A stretch of DNA of 64,000 nt, taken from a virus. The position numbers and the translations under genes are program-made. The notes under the pieces are model-generated. The model ran no database searches. It was not told where the DNA came from and worked only from the letters and a program-made list of their open reading frames with translations. Position 1 is the stretch's first letter. Every line of letters starts with the position of its first letter. Positions 1 to 6,085 of the stretch are shown in pieces. The stretch spans positions 31,737 to 95,736 of IMG/VR virus record IMGVR_UViG_3300023174_004605. The stretch is one strand, 5' to 3'.

Positions 1-912
1 CTATCTGCAAACAAAAATAATGGTGAGATTTCGGAAATCGGAGTAGGTGGTAGCACCTATGTGTTGACAGAACTATCCGAACTCTTGGACAAAACATTTT
101 TTATTTTTGATATTGATAAAGAATATACAGATATAGTCGTTAACAATGTTCACTTTTGGCCAGGCGCAAAGTTAAAAATTTGCATAGACAACAGCACGAA
201 TTTGCACAATTACCCAGATATTCCTAAATTATCATACTGTCATGTTGATGGTGCTAAAGAATTTGACATTACTGTATCTGATTTGCAATTTTATCTTGAC
301 CATCTGTCCGTAAACGGCTTGATATGTCAAGATGATTACGGTAACAATAAATGGCCCACAGTAACTGATGCAATTAAACATTTAGAGCAAACAAACAAGA
401 TAAAGATTGTTATGATTGGTGACTCAAGTGCCTGGGTGACCAAACCAGAGTATTATGATTATTGGATGGACATTTTAAATAATGACTATGAATTTTCTTT
501 ATTAACAGCATTGTGTAGTGTTTCTAGTTCAGAAAAATTAAACAAAGTTCCAAAATATTTTTTTTTACAATCTATCTTTAACTATAGTTTATTGACTGGC
601 TACACTGAATCAGAGAAAAAATATTTTAAAAATATTTTAGCGGCAAAGAATCATCAAAATTATCTAACAATGCCGTATTATGCACAAAGTGAAATAGGCT
701 TTGCTTTAGATAATAATGTTGACGATGGATATATTTTAACTGTGGCATGGGATAGCATCAAAGGACCAGACTGGCCACAAGAAGCTCCGGTTCTCAGAGA
801 AGAAATTGAAAGATTGCCTGATTGGATAAAACATGAACTTTTTCATGTTCACAACTTCAATGATCTTTTTAAATGTGTTGTAAAAAAAACAAATTTTGAA
901 ATAAAGGAATAA
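1..912 (+). CDS. Class I SAM-dependent methyltransferase-like protein (5' partial)
   Basis: Frame is open from base 1 (LSANKNNGEISEIGVGGST...). EIGV motif I, HVDG and GLICQDDY motifs resemble the Methyltransf_24 type. Confidence 0.6.
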   Translation, partial: LSANKNNGEISEIGVGGSTYVLTELSELLDKTFFIFDIDKEYTDIVVNNVHFWPGAKLKICIDNSTNLHNYPDIPKLSYCHVDGAKEFDITVSDLQFYLDHLSVNGLICQDDYGNNKWPTVTDAIKHLEQTNKIKIVMIGDSSAWVTKPEYYDYWMDILNNDYEFSLLTALCSVSSSEKLNKVPKYFFLQSIFNYSLLTGYTESEKKYFKNILAAKNHQNYLTMPYYAQSEIGFALDNNVDDGYILTVAWDSIKGPDWPQEAPVLREEIERLPDWIKHELFHVHNFNDLFKCVVKKTNFEIKE

Positions 913-924
913 TAAACAAATAAA

Positions 925-1383
925 ATGACACTAATAGCCAAACCAGTAATAGACAAACAGTTTTGGATCTTACAAGAAAACGATCGCAAGATCGGTAATA
1001 TCGAAGCCTGCAACGGAGGGTATCAAGTCAAGATCAACAATCAAGTAGCACAATTCCGAACAATCAAACTGGCAGCAAAATATATTAATATTGAATTCGA
1101 AGCTCCAGTGAAAAAAATCAAGTCCAAGATCCACTCAGATCATGTGCATGGATATCCGGTATCGGGGCGTATGCATAATCCCATGTGGGACGTGCCACAA
1201 CAGTTACCAGTGTACACTAAATCAGTCAAGAGCAAATCGTGGTTTGCCGCAGGATGGTACAATGTGCGCCGGGGACGGCATTGGCGCACAGTGCAGTGCC
1301 CAAAATTAATCGTTCTACAGCGATATGCCTACCAAGGTCCTTTCTATACCGAACAAGAAGCCCATGACCATACATCTAAATAA
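925..1383 (+). CDS. Hypothetical phage protein (152 aa)
   Basis: ORF with AAGGA upstream; operon-like packing. Confidence 0.75.
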   Translation: MTLIAKPVIDKQFWILQENDRKIGNIEACNGGYQVKINNQVAQFRTIKLAAKYINIEFEAPVKKIKSKIHSDHVHGYPVSGRMHNPMWDVPQQLPVYTKSVKSKSWFAAGWYNVRRGRHWRTVQCPKLIVLQRYAYQGPFYTEQEAHDHTSK

Positions 1384-1573
1384 ATTCATAGAACGTGTAC
1401 TGGGACACGAAGCACGTGGTGCTCGTGATTTTGTCATGAGCATGAAAGACGCACGAGACCTACATGCAGATATTACCAGATTATTGCTGGAATTGAACAA
1501 TCTGCGTGAACAAGACACCAAACACAGCCAAGAAGAAGTGATCACTGTACAGGTCACCGGAGGCACATTCTAA
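1364..1573 (+). CDS. Hypothetical phage protein (MTIHLNKF...)
   Basis: ATG at 1364 overlaps the end of the upstream gene. Confidence 0.65.
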   Translation: MTIHLNKFIERVLGHEARGARDFVMSMKDARDLHADITRLLLELNNLREQDTKHSQEEVITVQVTGGTF

Positions 1574-1618
1574 AACTACCTATATTTTCTGATAAATAAA
1601 ATATAGGAGTTTAATGAC

Positions 1619-1906
1619 ATGAGTCGCCCAAAACCCAGCGTATTAATTGAGCATATCAACAAGACCACCTACAAAACCGAGCAGGTCTTGGCCAGTGAAG
1701 GTGTGTGGGCCGTGTTCTATGATGCCAAACCCATCAACTTAAAAACATCAAACATGTTGGTGCAGTATCCTGGCCCAAAATACAAAAAGGTTTCATTTAG
1801 CAATCCGGGGCATGCCAAAAATCTGGCCAAAAAACTCAACACGCAATTTAAAACAGATCGATTCACAGTGGTGTTGTTAAGAGCCGGGGATCAGGTCTAT
1901 CCCTGA
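1619..1906 (+). CDS. Hypothetical phage protein (95 aa)
   Basis: AGGAG RBS and an upstream ATAAATA late-promoter-like motif. Confidence 0.8.
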   Translation: MSRPKPSVLIEHINKTTYKTEQVLASEGVWAVFYDAKPINLKTSNMLVQYPGPKYKKVSFSNPGHAKNLAKKLNTQFKTDRFTVVLLRAGDQVYP

Positions 1907-1910
1907 TGAT

Positions 1911-2282
1911 GTGCGTGACAAACATCTACTGACACAACAACTCATCGAGCTCTTGCCCGAGGCCGATCGTGTGCCTATAGATGCGGCCTTGCCAGCCTGG
2001 TGGTTCAACATCCGACGTACCGGTGGCATGCGATTGACAGGCATTGGATATGATGTATTGTCTCGTCGGTTGGACCTCGAAAACTACGAGTATGCCATCA
2101 CAGATCCTTTGACTTTCAACAAGCGTCTCATGCTCAAATTGGATAGGAAAATGCAGATGCCCTACTATATTTCGGCCACCAAAGGCATACCCAAAAAGAT
2201 CGTGTTTTTTGGAAGCCGAGAAGCGGTCATGGTCAATCTCTACGGTAATTTGGAACAATTTCTTGACAACTACGGGCCTTGA
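1911..2282 (+). CDS. Hypothetical phage protein (123 aa)
   Basis: GTG-start ORF directly after the previous gene. Confidence 0.7.
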   Translation: MRDKHLLTQQLIELLPEADRVPIDAALPAWWFNIRRTGGMRLTGIGYDVLSRRLDLENYEYAITDPLTFNKRLMLKLDRKMQMPYYISATKGIPKKIVFFGSREAVMVNLYGNLEQFLDNYGP

Positions 2283-2291
2283 TGCTATACT
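2263..2291 (+). promoter_or_regulatory. sigma70-type promoter for the tRNA(CAT)
   Basis: TTGACA-N17-TATACT with extended -10 TG, 8 nt before the tRNA. Confidence 0.8.
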
Positions 2292-2299
2292 GTAATCAA

Positions 2300-2387
2300 G
2301 GGCCGAACGCCGTATTGGTTGCAGGCAGCGGACTCATAATCCGCCTCAGAAATGACACTGTGGGTTCAAATCCCTCTCGGCCCACCA
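2300..2387 (+). tRNA. tRNA with CAT anticodon (Ile2 or Met) and a long variable arm
   Basis: Acceptor GGGCCGA/TCGGCCC, A73, encoded CCA; anticodon arm GCGGA-CTCATAA-TCCGC; T-loop TTCAAAT; variable arm TCA-GAAA-TGA. Confidence 0.85.
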
Positions 2388-2404
2388 GTTAAAAGGTAAA
2401 TATC

Positions 2405-2584
2405 ATGACCGTGGAACAGCAAAAGAAACCGCCTGTAGAACGCTATTACTACTCGGAAGACGAGTGGGCAAGACTGGGTTGTGGTCCGTTGCCACCCGAA
2501 AGAGATCGTGCTCGGCAACTAGAAAATGTTATGGCAAAAGGAAATCCCCGGATTGACGGCAAAAACATCAAAGGGTATAATTAA
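2405..2584 (+). CDS. Small hypothetical protein (59 aa, MTVEQQKKPP...)
   Basis: Manual translation; AAGG upstream; below the ORF-track cutoff. Confidence 0.6.
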   Translation: MTVEQQKKPPVERYYYSEDEWARLGCGPLPPERDRARQLENVMAKGNPRIDGKNIKGYN

Positions 2585-2585
2585 C

Positions 2586-2669
2586 ATGTGGTTGATATTT
2601 TTTGCATTCATGGCCATAGTGATTTGCTATGGTATTATGTGGTTGAATGAACATCAGGACGAACAATGA
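2586..2669 (+). CDS. Putative single-TM micropeptide (27 aa, MWLIFFAFMAIVICYGIMWLNEHQDEQ)
   Basis: Manual translation; starts 1 nt after the upstream stop; hydrophobic. Confidence 0.5.
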   Translation: MWLIFFAFMAIVICYGIMWLNEHQDEQ

Positions 2670-2758
2670 ACATATTGAAAAACATTCCCTGGGCAGCTAT
2701 AGCTGCCCTGGCAGTATTTGTGGCCATGGGAATAGTGGCTCACTTGTTTGGTAAATGA
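2666..2758 (+). CDS. Putative single-TM micropeptide (30 aa, MNILKNIPWAAIAALAVFVAMGIVAHLFGK)
   Basis: ATGA overlap with the previous ORF; AGGA upstream. Confidence 0.55.
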   Translation: MNILKNIPWAAIAALAVFVAMGIVAHLFGK

Positions 2759-2759
2759 C

Positions 2760-2828
2760 ATGAATCAAGACTACAGTTTTGCCATTGGTGTAGTAGTAGT
2801 GGCTATTGTGTTTTTATTGCTTTTTTAG
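2760..2828 (+). CDS. Putative single-TM micropeptide (22 aa, MNQDYSFAIGVVVVAIVFLLLF)
   Basis: Starts 1 nt after the previous stop; hydrophobic. Confidence 0.5.
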   Translation: MNQDYSFAIGVVVVAIVFLLLF

Positions 2829-2866
2829 TTTCCAATTTTGATCAAAATTGGTGGTAGGACGGGTCT

Positions 2867-2974
2867 ATGAATAAAATACAAGTTTTCACACTGGGCACAG
2901 GACTAGTGATCATGTGGTTGTTTTACAAATTAACTTTGGAAATTTGGTGCTGGATTTATGGTCTATTCTATTGA
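2867..2974 (+). CDS. Putative membrane micropeptide (35 aa, MNKIQVFTLGTGLVIMWLFYKLTLEIWCWIYGLFY)
   Basis: AGGA upstream; hydrophobic. Confidence 0.5.
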   Translation: MNKIQVFTLGTGLVIMWLFYKLTLEIWCWIYGLFY

Positions 2975-3023
2975 CAACGAACTTGAAAAATATCATCTAA
3001 CCGGTGGCCTATGTCGTTTTTAT

Positions 3024-3031
3024 TATAAATA
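3024..3031 (+). promoter_or_regulatory. T4-type late promoter (TATAAATA)
   Basis: Exact consensus about 30 nt upstream of ORF 3060. Confidence 0.6.
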
Positions 3032-3059
3032 ACACTATTAACCAAAAAAGGAAAAAAAT

Positions 3060-3332
3060 ATGGCATTCGACACTTTAACAAGTTTTGCTCGACAGCTAAC
3101 AACTGCAGAAGAGACTTCAGTCCAAAACTATGTGACGACTCAAATGGGGTCAGGAACAACCAATGGTATATCGTATAGTGTTCAACGAACCGGAGTAACC
3201 ACCGCAGAAGGTCAACCCTTAGCACTCATTCTTCGCGGGTGGGTTGATGAAAGCTCAGCCAACGCCTATATAGCATTTTTGAATACTTTTAGCCCGGCGC
3301 CGGTTTATGCACAGACGGTGCAATCTGTATAA
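3060..3332 (+). CDS. Hypothetical protein (90 aa), probably late-expressed
   Basis: AAGGA RBS and late promoter motif. Confidence 0.75.
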   Translation: MAFDTLTSFARQLTTAEETSVQNYVTTQMGSGTTNGISYSVQRTGVTTAEGQPLALILRGWVDESSANAYIAFLNTFSPAPVYAQTVQSV

Positions 3333-3336
3333 TACC

Positions 3337-3366
3337 TAGACTGGCAAAGTAAAATTGTAGTATAAT
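3337..3366 (+). promoter_or_regulatory. sigma70-type promoter for tmRNA
   Basis: TAGACT-N18-TATAAT directly upstream of the tmRNA acceptor piece. Confidence 0.6.
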
Positions 3367-3372
3367 GCCTTG

Positions 3373-3685
3373 AAAGAAAGGTGTTGCGGACCTGGGGGCA
3401 GAACCCAGCAGGTCCACCATAAAGAAATTACATAGACATTGATCATAGTTGTAATTGCATTGGTCTTCCATGTATTGAACAATTAGTTTCTTTATGATGG
3501 GCCTGACACAGTTTCGACGTGGCAACAAGTATGGACAGGATCTACACGGCAAAGCAGAAGCCGTAGGACTGGGGATTCCTGGTCGTAGAAGCAACCTTAT
3601 TAAATGCAAACGCATCTAATGACGAGGTTTTTGCCTTAGCGGCATGATCTCCGGGGCAACTATGCCTTGTCACCCAAACTAGTCT
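3373..3685 (+). ncRNA. ssrA: Circularly permuted (two-piece) tmRNA
   Basis: Acceptor piece ...GACCTGGGGGCAGAACCCAGCAGGTCCACCA ends at 3419. It precedes the coding piece starting GGGCCTG at 3499, which pairs with CAGGTCC and includes the G3:U70 Ala pair, followed by GTTTCGAC. Tag frame 3606-3647 reads ANASNDEVFALAA*. Outer ends are approximate. Confidence 0.92.
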
Positions 3686-3712
3686 AAAAAGCCTGAGAAA
3701 TCAGGCTTTTTT
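3686..3712 (+). terminator. Intrinsic terminator after tmRNA
   Basis: AAAAAGCCTGA-GAAA-TCAGGCTTTTTT. Confidence 0.85.
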
Positions 3713-3789
3713 GTTGGCCACTAAGTAAAAACCACTAAATAAAGAGTTGGGTGATCACCCAGCATTCTTTTAAAAGGAAAATCTCAAGC

Positions 3790-4530
3790 ATGAAAAAATT
3801 ATTAATCGCATTAGCCTTGTCCGCTGGCTTGGTTGCCTCGGCTCAAGCTCAACTCACCGGCAATTTAGGTTTGACCAGCGACTACCGTTTCCGCGGTGTT
3901 AGCCAAACTCAAAATGCTCCTGCAGTTCAGGGCGGCATCGACTATGCACACAAGAGTGGCTTCTATGTTGGTAACTGGAACAGCTCGGTCTCTAGCCAAG
4001 TCTACACCTCAGGTGCAGGTTTAGAAAGTGACTTGTATGCTGGTTACAAGAAAGAAATCTTCAAGGGCATTAGTATTGACGTTGGTAGCTACAATTATTT
4101 CTATCCACGTGCAACCACTTCCGCAAAAACTGGTTCAAACTTTGACACCTATGAAGGCTATGTCGGATTGGGTTACAAAGATATCATCTCTGCCAAGTAT
4201 AGCAGAACCTTAGGCGAAGGCTACTTTGGTACAGCCAATGCACAAGGCACAACTTACATGCAAGCAGATGGCAAGTTGCCAGTTCCTGTAGTAAAAAATC
4301 TAGCTGTTGTTGCGCACTATGGTCGCACCAATGTGGCCAACAGCACAGCATATGATTACAATGACATCAATGCTGGTTTTGTTTACAGCTTACCAAAAGA
4401 CTTTGACTTGAGCGTGAAGTATTTTACCAATACTGGCACAACAAGAACTTTCGAAACTGCAAACACTGTGAGCGGTCAAAAGCTATACAAAAACGCAGTG
4501 GTAGTTGGCTTGACAAAAACTTTCAATTAA
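3790..4530 (+). CDS. TorF-family (TIGR02001-like) putative outer-membrane porin
   Basis: Signal peptide MKKLLIALALSAGLVASAQA, then SDYRFRGVSQT, PAVQGGIDY, GFYVGNWNS and ESDLYAGY family motifs; C-terminal TKTF beta-signal. Confidence 0.85.
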   Translation: MKKLLIALALSAGLVASAQAQLTGNLGLTSDYRFRGVSQTQNAPAVQGGIDYAHKSGFYVGNWNSSVSSQVYTSGAGLESDLYAGYKKEIFKGISIDVGSYNYFYPRATTSAKTGSNFDTYEGYVGLGYKDIISAKYSRTLGEGYFGTANAQGTTYMQADGKLPVPVVKNLAVVAHYGRTNVANSTAYDYNDINAGFVYSLPKDFDLSVKYFTNTGTTRTFETANTVSGQKLYKNAVVVGLTKTFN

Positions 4531-4545
4531 TTCCGAAAGTGATAC

Positions 4546-4573
4546 AAAAAAAGCTCCTTCGGGGGCTTTTTTT
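4546..4573 (+). terminator. Intrinsic terminator after porin
   Basis: GCTCC-TTCG-GGGGC followed by T7, preceded by an A-tract. Confidence 0.85.
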
Positions 4574-4588
4574 GTTGACCCAACCCGG

Positions 4589-4617
4589 TTGACAAGATAT
4601 AAATAGATCTATATAAT
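4589..4617 (+). promoter_or_regulatory. Consensus sigma70 promoter with embedded late-promoter motif
   Basis: TTGACA(4589-4594)-N17-TATAAT(4612-4617); TATAAATA at 4598-4605. Confidence 0.9.
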
Positions 4618-4623
4618 ACTATT

Positions 4624-4725
4624 ATGTTGAATCGCAAAGTCGACCATCTCGTACCACAGCCCAATTTTGCAGGGAGCGTGGTTCTATGGACAATTTGTAA
4701 AGAAGGAATTCAGGGTATTGAATAG
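4624..4725 (+). CDS. Leaderless attenuator leader peptide (33 aa, MLNRKVDHLVPQPNFAGSVVLWTICKEGIQGIE)
   Basis: ATG sits at the predicted +1; the stop lies inside the antiterminator 5' arm; 27 distinct codons among 33. Confidence 0.7.
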   Translation: MLNRKVDHLVPQPNFAGSVVLWTICKEGIQGIE

Positions 4726-4785
4726 TATAAAACATCATACAATATTCAAAAACCCTGGAACTAAACACTCCGGGGTTTTTTGTTT
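4709..4785 (+). promoter_or_regulatory. Attenuator: antiterminator (4709-4759) overlapping an intrinsic terminator (4748-4785)
   Basis: CAGGGT/ACCCTG, TTGAATA/TATTCAA and GTAT/ATAC compete with CCCTGGA/TCCGGGG plus TTTTTTGTTT; segment 4752-4759 is shared. Confidence 0.8.
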
Positions 4786-4802
4786 AGAAAGAAAGGAAAA
4801 AG

Positions 4803-4976
4803 ATGTCAATTGATTATGAAAAATTAAACGATCAAATCGTAAAACAGGCCTGGGACCACACTTCGGTATTTTTGAACGAGGCACAAAAGCAACGGCTGTT
4901 TCAGAACAAGATCGATCGTGCGGCCGCAATGATCCGGGCGCAGGAGCAGTTCCGTATGATGCAACAAGAACAGTGA
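4803..4976 (+). CDS. Small hypothetical protein (57 aa, MSIDYEKLNDQIVKQAW...)
   Basis: AAGGA RBS; first gene after the attenuator. Confidence 0.65.
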   Translation: MSIDYEKLNDQIVKQAWDHTSVFLNEAQKQRLFQNKIDRAAAMIRAQEQFRMMQQEQ

Positions 4977-4982
4977 AACAAT

Positions 4983-5058
4983 CGCGGGGTGGAAAAGTTG
5001 GCATTTCGTCAGTCTCATAAGCTGAAGGTCGTCGGTTCGAATCCGACCCCCGCAACCA
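4983..5058 (+). tRNA. tRNA-fMet(CAT), initiator-like
   Basis: CGCGGGG/CCCCGCA acceptor with C1:A72 mismatch; anticodon arm TCAGT-CTCATAA-GCTGA; TTCGAAT; CCA. Confidence 0.9.
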
Positions 5059-5060
5059 AT

Positions 5061-5208
5061 TATGATCTGGGACGGCAAGCGGCAAAGGCTGTCACAGCAG
5101 GATCTCGAAAGTTGAGGCCGTTGCTGAGTTGTTGACATACAGCCGCAGAGGCCACTGGTTGTTCCAGTTTACGGATAAGATCTCCGTTGAGGTAAACGAA
5201 TAAGGTCA
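5061..5208 (+). ncRNA. Candidate structured RNA of unknown class inside the tRNA array
   Basis: Nested helices TGATCT/AGGTCA, GCGGC/GCCGC, TGTCA/TGACA, CAGCAG/TTGCTG, ACTGG/CCAGT, CGGA/TCCG; no credible + strand ORF. Confidence 0.45.
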
Positions 5209-5304
5209 AAATGTATTCCATGTGTATAACTCCTAGTAATATATATCGCAGTTTATATGCGATTTTTCAAGGGATCCAATACATTTTTGTTATGAGCTTA
5301 TTAC

Positions 5305-5382
5305 AGTGAGGTGGCAGAGTGGCCCAATGCAAGGGACTGCAAATCCCTAAAGCCGTGAGTTCGAATCTCACCCTCACTTCCA
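5305..5382 (+). tRNA. tRNA-Cys(GCA)
   Basis: AGTGAGG/CCTCACT, U73, CCA; AGGGA-CTGCAAA-TCCCT. Confidence 0.95.
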
Positions 5383-5388
5383 AGTTTG

Positions 5389-5462
5389 GTCGGTCTGGTA
5401 TAATGGCATTACAGCGGTCTCCAAAACCGTTAATTGAGGTTCGATTCCTTAGACCGGCGCCA
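5389..5462 (+). tRNA. tRNA-Trp(CCA)
   Basis: GTCGGTC/GACCGGC, G73, CCA; GCGGT-CTCCAAA-ACCGT. Confidence 0.95.
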
Positions 5463-5487
5463 TGTTTAGAAAAGAAAGGAGGCACGT

Positions 5488-6078
5488 ATGCCAGCAGTAT
5501 TTTTAGTCAGCGACACACACTTTGGTCACGCAGGTGTATGTCGCTTTACCCGTAACGATGGTGTGACCAAACTCAGACCATGGACTGATCCAGATGAAAT
5601 GGACGAGGCCATGGTAGCAGCGTGGAATGATCGTGTGCGTCCAAATGACAAGGTTTACCACTTGGGCGATGTTGTTATCAACCGCAAGGCCTTGGGCATC
5701 ATGCGCAGGCTCAACGGTGAAAAGGTCTTGATCCGCGGCAACCACGATATTTTTAAAGACGAGGATTATACACCTTATTTCCGTAGCCTACGTGCCTACC
5801 ATGTGATGAATGGCATGATCTTGAGTCACATGCCTATTCACAGTGAAAGCCTGGGTCGCTTTGGTGTCAACATCCATGGACATTTGCACGCCAATCGTGT
5901 GATGTTGCCCGGATTCAATGGCAAGATCACCGACATCGTTGATACTAGGTATCATTGTGTGTGCGTGGAGCAGACCGACTTTGCGCCAATCCTGTTTGAA
6001 GATGTGGTCAAAAGAATCGAAGCAGAAGGTGGTGTAATAGGTTTCAAGAATGGCAATGGAACCACGCAAGCGACCTAG
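5488..6078 (+). CDS. Calcineurin-like metallophosphoesterase
   Basis: SDTHFGH, HLGD, GNHD, SH and HGHLH metal-binding motifs; GGAGG RBS. Confidence 0.9.
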   Translation: MPAVFLVSDTHFGHAGVCRFTRNDGVTKLRPWTDPDEMDEAMVAAWNDRVRPNDKVYHLGDVVINRKALGIMRRLNGEKVLIRGNHDIFKDEDYTPYFRSLRAYHVMNGMILSHMPIHSESLGRFGVNIHGHLHANRVMLPGFNGKITDIVDTRYHCVCVEQTDFAPILFEDVVKRIEAEGGVIGFKNGNGTTQAT

Positions 6079-6085
6079 TAGTTCG

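Noticed and set aside
3289-3615. 108-aa minus-strand ORF
   Set aside because: Antisense shadow of the tmRNA gene; no RBS or protein-like features.
5059-5208. HDV-like (theta) ribozyme at the tRNA-fMet 3' end
   Set aside because: A CGAA before the closing stem is suggestive, but I could not build the P1/P3/L3/P1.1 nested pseudoknot, and the tRNA already encodes CCA; kept only as an unassigned RNA.
4735-5555. Track ORFs 4735..5085, 4824..5138, 5267..5485 and 5319..5555
   Set aside because: They overlap tRNA genes and translate to typical tRNA-shadow peptides.
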